Below the pieces are notes generated by a model, which saw only the letters and a list, made by a program, of their open reading frames with translations, did no database searches and was not told the DNA's origin. A DNA stretch of 64,000 nt from the NCBI GenBank assembly GCA_043814985.1, contig JBDRJK010000014.1, positions 1-64,000 on the forward strand, given 5' to 3'. The translations under genes and the position numbers were made by a program. Positions 9,339 through 18,525 of this stretch are shown one piece after another; the first letter of the stretch is position 1, and each line of letters begins with the position of its first letter. This DNA comes from Candidatus Aenigmatarchaeota archaeon. GTDB taxonomy: Archaea; Aenigmatarchaeota; Aenigmatarchaeia; Aenigmatarchaeales; Aenigmatarchaeaceae.

Positions 9339-9896
9339 TTAAGCTTTTGTGATTTTTTCCATCAATTTAACCACCCTGCTTTCAAGCTGTTTTTTCGTGA
9401 GTTTTGAGTTGTCTATGGTGTAATCGGCCTTTTTTATTGTCTCCATTAAGCCGTGGCTCTTCTCCAGCTTGTCCCTGTGCCTGAGATACTCCTTGTTCTC
9501 CTGCTTGCCGAACCTCTTCCTCTCTAATTCCCGTTCAGCCCTCACTTTGAAGGAGGATTTTATGAAAATTATGACCGGCTTGCCCTTGTAGGTTTCCCTA
9601 AGGTACTTGAACTGTTCCGGGGCCCTGAAGCCATCAAGGACTATAAGGTCTTTCTTTGACTTTTTTACCTTGCCCCACAGCCTCCTTGAAAGAAGCTTCT
9701 CCCTTCCATTGACATTGAACCAGTGAGCGGCTATTGAATCGTTCTCAGGCGTGTATTTCAGGCCCCTTCGCTTGATCTCGTCCCTTATTATGTCGCCGCT
9801 CTTGAAGGAGTCAGCATTGAACATCTTCTTTATGATTTCAGCAGCAAGGCTCTTACCAGAACCTGGAAGACCGACTATGACAATAATCTTCTTCAT
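9339..9896 (-). CDS. P-loop nucleotide kinase (dephospho-CoA kinase-like)
   Basis: VGLPGSGKS, GDIIRDE, LDGFR, ADYTIDN. Confidence 0.8.
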   Translation of the reverse strand: MKKIIVIVGLPGSGKSLAAEIIKKMFNADSFKSGDIIRDEIKRRGLKYTPENDSIAAHWFNVNGREKLLSRRLWGKVKKSKKDLIVLDGFRAPEQFKYLRETYKGKPVIIFIKSSFKVRAERELERKRFGKQENKEYLRHRDKLEKSHGLMETIKKADYTIDNSKLTKKQLESRVVKLMEKITKA

Positions 9897-9941
9897 AGAA
9901 CTATTTAATTAAAGTTAAAATAAAAAGAAGGGGAAAGTCTA

Positions 9942-10064
9942 TTATTTGTGATTTGCTATTTTTATTTTCCCTTGATAAACATTTGCATACAACCCATCAG
10001 ATAGGGCATTGTTCTGAGGTATTCCTTTTGGGACACAACCAACAGTTTTGTATGTATTCACCAT
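9942..10064 (-). CDS. small protein, 40 aa (MVNTYKTVGCVPKGIPQNNALSDGLYANVYQGKIKIANHK)
   Basis: Below the ORF-track cutoff; GGTGG RBS upstream of ATG; T-rich terminator-like run downstream. Confidence 0.5.
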   Translation of the reverse strand: MVNTYKTVGCVPKGIPQNNALSDGLYANVYQGKIKIANHK

Positions 10065-10169
10065 ATATAACCACCATATAGTAGTATATATTAGCTAATA
10101 TATAAAGATATCTATTATTTACTATCCATTAGTGATAAATATAAATACTAGCTCTTATGAATAATTATT

Positions 10170-10445
10170 ATGAAAGCCGCATATATTGAAGATGTAAAAA
10201 AATTATCAGGTATAATGCAGATGGGAATTATTGGTTTGAATACAGATGAGAAGAGAACAATAATCAAAACGCCTGCAGGAAATTATGCCACTAGAACAAG
10301 CTTATTCAATAGTATAGGATATGGAACAGATTCTCCATTAGAAGCTGCTGGAATAGGTTTAGATCTTAGCGAAAACAAAGGCGACTATAATATTCTCAAA
10401 AAGTATGAAAAACCTAGAAAGTTTCCATTCTCATATATTGTCTGA
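10170..10445 (+). CDS. hypothetical protein
   Basis: 91-aa ORF after an AT-rich TATA-like promoter. Confidence 0.55.
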   Translation: MKAAYIEDVKKLSGIMQMGIIGLNTDEKRTIIKTPAGNYATRTSLFNSIGYGTDSPLEAAGIGLDLSENKGDYNILKKYEKPRKFPFSYIV

Positions 10446-10462
10446 ACTCTCACATTTCAGAA

Positions 10463-11557
10463 TCAGTTCTCAACGAAAAGGGTCTTTGTCTTAGGTGTAA
10501 GAGCGTACATGAAGGCCTTGCCTCTGCCCTCTCTTTGCACATAACCGTCCAGCATCAGCCTTCTTAGGATGTTGTTGACAGACCTTATTGCATGGCCTTT
10601 TGACTTGTAGCCCTTCATTTCCAATTCCTCAACAATTGCTGTAGGAGTCAACCAGTCCTTAGTAGACAAAAGCTTCAAAATGCTTCTCTGTTTGTGGGGC
10701 AAGCTCCTGAACTGCTCCTCAGAAGGAGGTTTTGGCATAAATGTAACCACAGGCTCATTAACTCTCACTTTTGGAAGCTCGATTTCCTTGTGCTCCTCTA
10801 TATCCTTCAAGGTTATGGCGTCCAGGTTCTTCTCCAAGGCTGAGTTGACCAACCTGTCGCAGAGCTTCAGAACCTCCCTTGGGAAACCACCAGTCCTCTT
10901 GTATATCATATCTATGGCATCGTCTGTGAAAGGCAAAATACCCCTTCCCCCAGCACTCTCAATTCTCTTCTTGATAAGCTCCTTGGTCTCAGGTTTGTCC
11001 AAGGAAACCAAGGTTATCCTTGTTGTTATTCTCTGATCCAAGGTCTCCAATTCAGACATCTTCTCCTCAAGAACAGGCATGCCAGCCATTACCAGGCTTA
11101 TGTTGTCTATCTGATCAGATAGGACTCTGAGCCACTCTAGAACATCCTTGTTGGTCTCATGAGTCTCGTCAAGAAGGAACACTAGATGCTGGCCTTTGAG
11201 CTTCTTGTTAATATAATTAGGAAGGTTGTACAAAGAGGGCTTTTTGCTCAATATTCTCTCCCAAAAACTAAAGCCAAACAAATCAGTGAACAAAGAAACA
11301 AACTCGTTAGGGTTCTCTGGAGGCTTGCTAACATATAGTTTTGAGGCATCATAGTTGTTTTCCACCCATTTCAGGAAGGTTGTCTTTCCAGCTCCTGTTC
11401 TTCCTGTTATAATAGCAACTTTGTGCTTGTTCTCTATGTGTTTCAAGGCAGCCTTGACTTGCTCCTCATAACCTACAAATAATTTTGGGTCAATTCTAAG
11501 AACAAAGGGATTTTCTTTCCATCCCCATTTTGAAAAATTTCCATTCATAATGTTCAC
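10463..11557 (-). CDS. AAA+ ATPase (ExeA/TniB/initiator-clade-like) with C-terminal winged helix
   Basis: WGWKENPF, Walker A GRTGAGKT, Walker B LLDETH, R-finger LDQRI, TGGFPREV, C-terminal wHTH (TPTAIVEEL...GYVQREGRGKAFMY). Confidence 0.85.
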   Translation of the reverse strand: MNIMNGNFSKWGWKENPFVLRIDPKLFVGYEEQVKAALKHIENKHKVAIITGRTGAGKTTFLKWVENNYDASKLYVSKPPENPNEFVSLFTDLFGFSFWERILSKKPSLYNLPNYINKKLKGQHLVFLLDETHETNKDVLEWLRVLSDQIDNISLVMAGMPVLEEKMSELETLDQRITTRITLVSLDKPETKELIKKRIESAGGRGILPFTDDAIDMIYKRTGGFPREVLKLCDRLVNSALEKNLDAITLKDIEEHKEIELPKVRVNEPVVTFMPKPPSEEQFRSLPHKQRSILKLLSTKDWLTPTAIVEELEMKGYKSKGHAIRSVNNILRRLMLDGYVQREGRGKAFMYALTPKTKTLFVEN

Positions 11558-11953
11558 ATAATATTCACGTGAAGGATATATTTAAGCTTTTCTCTCATTC
11601 ACGTGAAGTAAATATTCACATGTGAAGATTTTGTGAAGATTTTGTGAACATCATGTGAAGGTTTTCTAAGAAAAATGGAAAACTATATGAAGTTAACGTG
11701 AAGTAAGGTATTTTCACATGTTTTTTGAGTTTGTGAGATTTAACACGTGAAGGTCTTGAGAACTTCACATAATATTCACGTGAATTTCATATGTTCACGT
11801 GTGAAGTTAACGTGAAGTTAATAGTATGTTACATTATATATAGAGTATTGTTTTGCTCTTCACGTGAAGATAAGGGCATAGTGTGTAGAATGTGTGATAT
11901 ATGTGGGATATTCATGTGAACATGAATGAAGATTGTATGAACATTCACGTGAA
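11553..11953. repeat. array of TTCACGTGAA palindromes and variants (iteron/operator-like)
   Basis: Perfect copies at 11564, 11598, 11775, 11859, 11944; variants at 11615, 11693, 11742, 11794, 11807, 11911; 21-bp direct repeat at 11553 and 11764. Confidence 0.92.
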
Positions 11954-12069
11954 CAAAAAAATCGTCTTTTAGCGTTTAAAATGACTTAAAGATACGTCAT
12001 TTAGCTTAAATTTTACTAAGAAATAGGTTTATATACTTCTAAGTACCTTATATATAACAGGCGTTATAA

Positions 12070-12360
12070 ATGGGCTCTGGAATTCATAAAAAAACCATTA
12101 AAAATATAGCAAGAATGCTGGTTTTGCTCAGAGAAAGAGGTCCAATGCATATTAGAGGTATTGCAAAGGCTCTGGAACTGAATCCATTCATTGTCACAAA
12201 CATCATAGACCATTACCTGGATTTTTTTATAGAGGTAAGGAACATAGACCAGTTCGGCTTTAGGGTTAAACTGATCAACTTGAAGCCTGGAAAGGAAGAA
12301 ACTACTCTAGAGGATGTTTTGAAATATATTAAAGTCAAAAGGAAAATCAAGGGCAACTAA
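12070..12360 (+). CDS. small winged helix-turn-helix protein
   Basis: LLRERGPMHIRGIAKALELNPFIVTNII HTH pattern; divergent from the ATPase across the repeat array. Confidence 0.75.
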   Translation: MGSGIHKKTIKNIARMLVLLRERGPMHIRGIAKALELNPFIVTNIIDHYLDFFIEVRNIDQFGFRVKLINLKPGKEETTLEDVLKYIKVKRKIKGN

Positions 12361-12701
12361 ATCTTTTTAATCTCCTTGGCTATTATCTCCAAATCTCCCT
12401 TATACTCATCTACCCTTCCTAGAACAGCCACTTCCTCACCAATCTCCAGGTCATAGGCTTGATCAATATTGGAGTTCTTGAAGGCAACAACAGTTATCTC
12501 TCCTGTGTTGTCAGCCACTTTCATGAAGACATGATCATCCCTGCTAACATAGACAGAGGTCACCATGCCGCTTATCCTCTCTATCTGACCTATTTTCAGC
12601 TTCTTTATCTCTATTGTCTCTTCTGTCAGAATTAGGGAAATGAAGAAAAGGGCAATTATGCCTATAACAGCTGTTATGATAGAAATCTTCAGGATGTCCA
12701 T
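12357..12701 (-). CDS. membrane-anchored OB-fold nucleic-acid-binding protein
   Basis: N-terminal TM segment, then ADNTGEITVVAF...GRVDEYKGDLEIIA; start set at MDILK. Confidence 0.75.
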   Translation of the reverse strand: MDILKISIITAVIGIIALFFISLILTEETIEIKKLKIGQIERISGMVTSVYVSRDDHVFMKVADNTGEITVVAFKNSNIDQAYDLEIGEEVAVLGRVDEYKGDLEIIAKEIKKI

Positions 12702-12790
12702 AATTCTAGAAGAATGTTCTTTGGGTTCAATTTGTCTTACCACTTGAAGTGGTGTTATCTTTATATACTACTAAGAAGTAATTATTTAAT

Positions 12791-12952
12791 ATGAATTATC
12801 AGACTCAAGAAACCCAAAGCTATGTAAATGACCCAAAATGGAATAAGGAAGTAAGCATTGCTGTAGAAATGGCTTGTTTAAGGGGAGATATAAAATCTGT
12901 TGAAAGTAATCCTTTGGCCAGAAAACTGGCATTGGAAGCATTGAATTTTTAA
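12791..12952 (+). CDS. small hypothetical protein, 53 aa
   Basis: ATG..TAA fills the intergenic gap (MNYQTQETQSYVNDPKWNKEV...ALNF); TTTATATA box upstream. Confidence 0.45.
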   Translation: MNYQTQETQSYVNDPKWNKEVSIAVEMACLRGDIKSVESNPLARKLALEALNF

Positions 12953-12953
12953 T

Positions 12954-13499
12954 TCATAATTCTATCTTAAAAACTTCTTCATAGACAGGACCTTTAGGAG
13001 TTAATTTTGATTGAAAGATATTTATCTTATCTATCTTCATCTTACCAATCTCAACATCTTCCAATTTTTCCATCAAAGCCATAATTTCATTCTTGTTCCT
13101 TCCTGATCTGACCCTGCCCAAGGTCAAATGGGGAACAAAGCGGCTATCCTTTTCAAAACCAAGAGTAATTAGGGAGTTTGATATCATCTCTTCCAGAGCT
13201 TTGAAGGTCTGAAGCCCTTCTTTAACACCCAACCATACAACCTTGACATAGTTTTTGCTGGGAAAGGCACCAATCCCTGAAATGTTTACTTCAAAGGGCT
13301 TGAATTGTGTGGCAACTTTCTCAAGAACAACCTTTACCTTATTGATTTTTTCCTCTTCCATCTCCCCAAAGAACCTCAGGTTGAAGTGCAGGTTCTCCTT
13401 TTCAACAAGTTTTACATCAAACTTATAGAATTTTTCCTGTACCCTGAATATTCTCGTCTTCAAAACATTAGGAACTGAGATTCCGAGGAAGGCCCTCAT
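12954..13499 (-). CDS. thpR: RNA 2',3'-cyclic phosphodiesterase (2H family, LigT/ThpR)
   Basis: MRAFLGI, ENLHFNLRFFG, GAFP, FVPHLTLGR, SKLTPKGPVY. Confidence 0.92.
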   Translation of the reverse strand: MRAFLGISVPNVLKTRIFRVQEKFYKFDVKLVEKENLHFNLRFFGEMEEEKINKVKVVLEKVATQFKPFEVNISGIGAFPSKNYVKVVWLGVKEGLQTFKALEEMISNSLITLGFEKDSRFVPHLTLGRVRSGRNKNEIMALMEKLEDVEIGKMKIDKINIFQSKLTPKGPVYEEVFKIEL

Positions 13500-13615
13500 A
13501 AAAATAGTATAATGTCAACATGATTTAAACATCTATTTCTTAAAACACAAATCATTATAAATGATTAAGATGTATATCTCTTACCGGTTAAGAATTGTGG
13601 TCAAAATTTAAGACA

Positions 13616-13631
13616 ACACAACATGTTGTGG
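13616..13631. promoter_or_regulatory. NrdR box
   Basis: ACACAACATGTTGTGG matches the consensus acaCwAtATaTwGtgt; a second TTGTGG half-site lies 31 bp upstream (13595). Confidence 0.8.
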
Positions 13632-13639
13632 TTTTTCCT

Positions 13640-14077
13640 ATGTTTTGCCCTTACTGTAATTCATCTAAAACTAAAGTTGTTGACAAAAGAGGCACTGATG
13701 AGAATAGGTCAATAAGAAGGCGAAGGGAATGTCTGGGCTGTAAGGAAAGGTTCACGACCTACGAGCAAATAAAGAGTCCCATAGTCGTAATAAAGAGGAA
13801 TAAAACAAAGGAAAGTTTCAGCAGGGAAAAGATCAAAAGTGGCGTCTTAAAGGCTCTTAATGGAAGGCCTATAAGCGAGAAGAAACTGGAGAAATTCCTT
13901 GACGAAATTGAGGCTGAGATAAAAAAGATGGAATGTAAGGAGATAAAGACCAAGATAATCGGCGAGATCGTGACGGAAAGGCTGAAAAAATTGGACAAGG
14001 TCGCATATGTCAGGTTCATGTCTCATTTCAACAAAGATTTCAAAGATGTAAAAACTTTCAAAAAGGTATTAAGGTAG
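13640..14077 (+). CDS. nrdR: transcriptional repressor NrdR
   Basis: MFCPYC...IRRRRECLGCKERFTTYE Zn ribbon plus ATP cone, DKVAYVRF; start moved to MFCPYC. Confidence 0.95.
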   Translation: MFCPYCNSSKTKVVDKRGTDENRSIRRRRECLGCKERFTTYEQIKSPIVVIKRNKTKESFSREKIKSGVLKALNGRPISEKKLEKFLDEIEAEIKKMECKEIKTKIIGEIVTERLKKLDKVAYVRFMSHFNKDFKDVKTFKKVLR

Positions 14078-14084
14078 TGGTTAA

Positions 14085-16151
14085 ATGGTTAGTAGAATAA
14101 GAAAAAGGGATGGAAGAATTGTCCCGTTCGACAAGGAAAAAATAACGATTGCTATTTTCAAGGCGGCCCAGGCTGTGGGAGGCTCTGACAGGAAAAAGGC
14201 AGAAGAACTAGCAGAGCAGGTTGCCGAGCTTGCAAGTAAAAAGTATAACGGTAACATAGCGACAGTTGAGAACATCCAGGATATTGTGGAGAAGGTATTG
14301 GTTGAGGACGGCCACTACAAAACCGCAAAAGCTTACATGTTATATAGGGAGGAGCACAAGAGACTCAGGGATGTGAAAGGTCTGCTTCTAGATGTTGGCG
14401 ACGTCATTAACGGCTACATATCAAAGAATGAATGGAGAATAAAGGAGAACGCCAATGTTGACTTTTCTTATTCAGGCATGATGTGGCATGGCATTGGGAC
14501 AATCACAGCATATTATGCATTGAACCATGTCTATCCAAAAGAAATTGCCAAAGCACATACAGAAGGTGATTTCCATTTGCACAATCTATCAATGAGCCTT
14601 TGCGGCTATTGCGCAGGTTGGAGTTTGGGGCAACTATTGACAGAGGGTTTTAACAAAGTTCCGGGAAAAGTTGAATCAGGCCCTCCCAAACACCTAAGAA
14701 CTGCTGTTGGCCAGATGGTCAACTTCATCGGAGTTTTACAGAATGAATGGGCAGGAGCCCAGGCATTCAGCTCGTTTGATACTTATCTTGCTCCTTATGT
14801 TAGGGCTGATAATCTTAGCTACAAACAAATCAAGCAGAACATCCAGGAGTATGTGTACGGCATGAACATAACTTCCCGTTGGGGCGGACAGACACCTTTC
14901 TCCAACATAACTCTGGACTGGACTGTCCCTGAGGACTTAAAGAACCAGCCTGCTGTTGTTGGCGGCAAGCCCGTTGGCAATACCTATGCTGACTATCAGG
15001 AAGAAATGAATCTAATCAACAAGGCCTTCATTGAAGTGATGAGTGGGGGAGATGCTAATGGAAGTGTTTTCACATGGCCCATTCCGACTTACAACATAAC
15101 AAAGGATCTGGATTGGGATAATGAGAACCTTGGTGCATTGTTCAATATGACCGCAAAATACGGTCTGCCATATTTCCAGAATTTCATAAAAAGCGACCTG
15201 AAGCCTTCTGATGTCAGGGCAATGTGCTGCAGGCTGCAATTAGATTTGAAAGAGTTGAGGAACAAGACTGGTGGGCTGTTCGGTTTCGGGGAATCCACTG
15301 GAAGCATTGGAGTTGTCACAGTCAACATGCCAAGGATAGGCTACTCCTCGAAGAACGAGGAACAATTCATGGAAAAATTGGAAAGAATGATATACCTCGC
15401 AAAGGAGTCCCTTGAAATTAAAAGAAAGTTGGTTAACAGGATAATGGGAATTGGAATGCTGCCATTTTCAAAAAGGTTTCTTGGAAACTTTGACCATCAC
15501 TTCTCTACAATAGGCCTAATTGGAATGAACGAGGCGTGCCTGAACTTCTTAGGGAAGGACATCACAACTGAAGAGGGTAGGAATTTCTCACTCAAGGTCC
15601 TTGACTTCATGAGGGGAAGGCTGAAGGAGATACAGGAGGAAACAGGCCACATATATAATCTGGAAGCCACTCCTGGAGAAGGGACAACCTTCAGATTGGC
15701 AAAAATGGACAAGAAAAAATACCCCAAAATAATAGCAGCTGGAAACGGTGTCCCATACTACACCAACTCCACACAACTTCCTGTAAACCACACTGATGAC
15801 CTTTTCTTGGCTTTGAAGCACCAGGAAGAACTGCAGAGAAAATATACTGGGGGAACAGTATTCCACAGCTTCCTTGGTGAATCACCGGACAACGGGGAGA
15901 CCACAAAGCAGCTGGTAAAGAAGATAGCAAGCAACTTCGCGGTGCCTTACTTCACAATAACACCCACATTCTCAGTGTGCAAGCAGCACGGTTACATTAA
16001 GGGCGAGCACTTCAACTGCCCGACATGTAAAGCAAGAGCAGAGGTCTACTCAAGAGTTGTTGGATACATAAGACCTGTGCAAAGCTGGAACGCAGGGAAG
16101 CAAAGGGAATTCAAAGACAGGCTGGAATTTAAGGTTTCTAAGTTTAATTAA
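14085..16151 (+). CDS. nrdD: anaerobic (class III) ribonucleoside-triphosphate reductase with ATP cone
   Basis: ATP cone IRKRDGRIVPFD, GYCAGW, AMCCRL, CxxH/CxxC Zn site, glycyl radical loop YSRVVGY. Confidence 0.97.
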   Translation: MVSRIRKRDGRIVPFDKEKITIAIFKAAQAVGGSDRKKAEELAEQVAELASKKYNGNIATVENIQDIVEKVLVEDGHYKTAKAYMLYREEHKRLRDVKGLLLDVGDVINGYISKNEWRIKENANVDFSYSGMMWHGIGTITAYYALNHVYPKEIAKAHTEGDFHLHNLSMSLCGYCAGWSLGQLLTEGFNKVPGKVESGPPKHLRTAVGQMVNFIGVLQNEWAGAQAFSSFDTYLAPYVRADNLSYKQIKQNIQEYVYGMNITSRWGGQTPFSNITLDWTVPEDLKNQPAVVGGKPVGNTYADYQEEMNLINKAFIEVMSGGDANGSVFTWPIPTYNITKDLDWDNENLGALFNMTAKYGLPYFQNFIKSDLKPSDVRAMCCRLQLDLKELRNKTGGLFGFGESTGSIGVVTVNMPRIGYSSKNEEQFMEKLERMIYLAKESLEIKRKLVNRIMGIGMLPFSKRFLGNFDHHFSTIGLIGMNEACLNFLGKDITTEEGRNFSLKVLDFMRGRLKEIQEETGHIYNLEATPGEGTTFRLAKMDKKKYPKIIAAGNGVPYYTNSTQLPVNHTDDLFLALKHQEELQRKYTGGTVFHSFLGESPDNGETTKQLVKKIASNFAVPYFTITPTFSVCKQHGYIKGEHFNCPTCKARAEVYSRVVGYIRPVQSWNAGKQREFKDRLEFKVSKFN

Positions 16152-16846
16152 TGATTATGATAATAAAGGGCCTACAGAAACAGACTTTGTTAGACTATCC
16201 GGATAGATTAGCTTGCACGATATTCACTTTCGGCTGCAACTTCCGCTGCGGCTTCTGCCACAACCCAGAGCTTGTTGTTGAGGATAGAAGGGAAGCAATA
16301 AAGGAAGATTATATTCTTGATTTCTTGAAAGAGAGGAAAGAATTCCTTGATGCTGTATGCATAACAGGTGGGGAGCCGACACTGAATAAAGACCTTCCAA
16401 CTTTCATTAGGAAGATTAAAGAGTTAGGATTTTTTGTTAAGCTTGATACTAATGGAAGTAATCCTGAAATGTTAAAAGAATTGATAGAAGTTGGTCTGCT
16501 CGATTATATTGCAATGGACATCAAGGCACCTCTGGAAAAGTATGACATTACAACCAATGTAGAAGTAAAGAAAGAAGATATAGAGAAGAGTGTAAACATA
16601 ATTAAAAAGTTCCCGAATTATGAGTTCAGAACAACTGTTGTTCCAGGTCTCTTTAATGAAAGTGATGCAAAGTCAATTGGTGAATGGTTAAATGGTTCAA
16701 AGAGATTCTACATACAGCAATTCAGAGGAATAAAAACGCTTGATAAGAATTACACCGGAAAGAAATCATTTTCAAAAGAGGAACTTGAGAAATTTTGCAA
16801 CATAATGAAACCTTTTTTTGAGAAATGTGAAATAAGAGGCATCTAG
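16151..16846 (+). CDS. nrdG: class III RNR activating radical SAM protein
   Basis: DYP, GCNFRCGFCHNP, ITGGEPT, KLDTNG; follows nrdD. Confidence 0.95.
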   Translation: MIMIIKGLQKQTLLDYPDRLACTIFTFGCNFRCGFCHNPELVVEDRREAIKEDYILDFLKERKEFLDAVCITGGEPTLNKDLPTFIRKIKELGFFVKLDTNGSNPEMLKELIEVGLLDYIAMDIKAPLEKYDITTNVEVKKEDIEKSVNIIKKFPNYEFRTTVVPGLFNESDAKSIGEWLNGSKRFYIQQFRGIKTLDKNYTGKKSFSKEELEKFCNIMKPFFEKCEIRGI

Positions 16847-17580
16847 ACTTCTATTAATCTAGAATGCGTCAATATTTTCAGTCCTTTCTTTGTCATTAAA
16901 ACATCATTCTCCAATCTACAACCACCCAAACCTTTGACATAAACACCTGGCTCTATTGTGAAAACCATATTGGTTTGGAACTTTATTTTCTTTATCCTTT
17001 CCCACCTGCGCATTTTCTTCTCTGATGCAGGTCTCTTCAGTTTTTCCAATTTAGGAACCACAATAAAAGGTTGTTCATGTATTTTCTTGCCCAAACCGTG
17101 CCCCAAACCATGCAATAGGTCAAAACCGTTTTTCTTAAGATACTTCCTTGTCTTCAAGAAAAGCTTCCAACAATGTTGACCTAAAACTATGGACCTTATA
17201 GAAAGGTTGTATGCTTTCAGTACAGTGTTAACCATCTTCCTTTCCTTCTTGCTTATCCTCCCTTTGATGAAAGGGACTGTAATGTCAGTATGATAACCTT
17301 TGTAGCAGGCACCAAAATCTGCATAGCCTAAACCAGAGATTATTTTGTTGGTTGCCCTTGGTTTGCAGTGTATCATTGCTGACCTTTTTCCTGTTGCAAC
17401 TAGGGTCCGGAAAGACAAGCTAGCTCCTTGTTTTCTTATATTCCTTCCTATCCTTCTCCTTAGTTCTATTTCTGTTATATTTTCTTTCAAAGAATCTTTG
17501 ATAACCTTGATGCAAGAGTCGGTTATCTTTGCAGATTTTTTAAGAAGTTTTATTTCTCTTGGTGTTTTAATCATTCCCAT
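16843..17580 (-). CDS. M24 family metallopeptidase (Xaa-Pro-like, catalytic domain only)
   Basis: DFG, HTDIT, HGLGHGLG..IHEQP, TIEPGVY, GCRLEND. Confidence 0.9.
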   Translation of the reverse strand: MGMIKTPREIKLLKKSAKITDSCIKVIKDSLKENITEIELRRRIGRNIRKQGASLSFRTLVATGKRSAMIHCKPRATNKIISGLGYADFGACYKGYHTDITVPFIKGRISKKERKMVNTVLKAYNLSIRSIVLGQHCWKLFLKTRKYLKKNGFDLLHGLGHGLGKKIHEQPFIVVPKLEKLKRPASEKKMRRWERIKKIKFQTNMVFTIEPGVYVKGLGGCRLENDVLMTKKGLKILTHSRLIEV

Positions 17581-17588
17581 AGAATAAC

Positions 17589-18503
17589 CTAAATTAATAA
17601 TTTTCCTCTCATCATAATCATCTTTTCGTCAAACCAAATAGTAGGTTTGAAAAGAACAGCATCCAGATGTACATTTGAATAAACCTTTCCCTTGTATGAC
17701 TTGTTGTTGCCAAATGCTATATGGCATGTCTTGAACACCTTTTCATCCTGAAGAATCCTTCCTATTATCTTTGCTTTCTTATTAAGGCCTATACCCAATT
17801 CGGCAATGTTAGTAGAGTTTTTAACAGTTGAAAATATCTTTGCTAGCTTGCATTTCTTGTCGCTTATGTCAAAAGCCTTCCCATTTTTAACATGAACAAC
17901 TGTCTTGTTTTTCGCATAGTCGAACATGGAATTTATAACAATGACACCATTAGCCGTGCCTTCAACGGGGGATAGGGATATTTCCCCAGAAGGCATGTTC
18001 CCACAACTTTCCTTCTCAAAAATTCCCGAATCTATCTCTATAAACCTATTCTTGACAGAAAAGGAAATGTAAGTTCCAGATTCTGTCATTACCCTTACTA
18101 TGTCTGTTTTTTTCAGTAAACTTTCAATTCTTTTGCCGACCCTTAACATTTCAAATGGGTCTGCTTGCAATGCCTTCATCATCTTTTTTGTAAACCCAGG
18201 CATTGAGACTATTCTTATTCCATTTTCTGAAGCTCTTCTTCTAGCGTTGGTGTGTGTAAGAGAAAAGTTGGTGACAGCAATTATAACATCGTACTTCAGC
18301 ATGAGGTTAGATATTATTTTTGACGGCTCCTCACCATCATATTTACCAACAGATTTGGACACCAGGGATGTGTTTGGAAATATTTTCTTCAAAGACCTTA
18401 GGAACTTTTTTGCTATCTTTAGCTTTTTCTTATCAGTTATTATCAGAACCTTGTCGTTCTTTTTTATATCAAGGGCTCTCTTGAATATGTTTTCAAGTTT
18501 CAT
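17589..18503 (-). CDS. M29 family aminopeptidase
   Basis: NMPSGE, AELGIG, DEK...HIAFG, HLD. Confidence 0.88.
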   Translation of the reverse strand: MKLENIFKRALDIKKNDKVLIITDKKKLKIAKKFLRSLKKIFPNTSLVSKSVGKYDGEEPSKIISNLMLKYDVIIAVTNFSLTHTNARRRASENGIRIVSMPGFTKKMMKALQADPFEMLRVGKRIESLLKKTDIVRVMTESGTYISFSVKNRFIEIDSGIFEKESCGNMPSGEISLSPVEGTANGVIVINSMFDYAKNKTVVHVKNGKAFDISDKKCKLAKIFSTVKNSTNIAELGIGLNKKAKIIGRILQDEKVFKTCHIAFGNNKSYKGKVYSNVHLDAVLFKPTIWFDEKMIMMRGKLLI

Positions 18504-18525
18504 AACTATAATTGAGAGTTAGAGA

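Noticed and set aside
4158..10457. Exact 16-bp direct repeat CTGAACTCTCACATTT at 4158 and 10442 as attL/attR
   Set aside because: It brackets core genes (histone, RPA, radA), there is no integrase, and one 16-mer match in 64 kb of AT-rich DNA is near chance expectation.
11553..11953. Repeat array as a CRISPR array
   Set aside because: Units are about 10-bp palindromes at irregular spacing, with no constant 25-40 bp repeat, no unique spacers and no cas genes.
12954..13499. HFN instead of HxT in the first 2H motif as a sign of inactivation
   Set aside because: Both catalytic histidines and the rest of the family signature are intact; one substitution is insufficient evidence.
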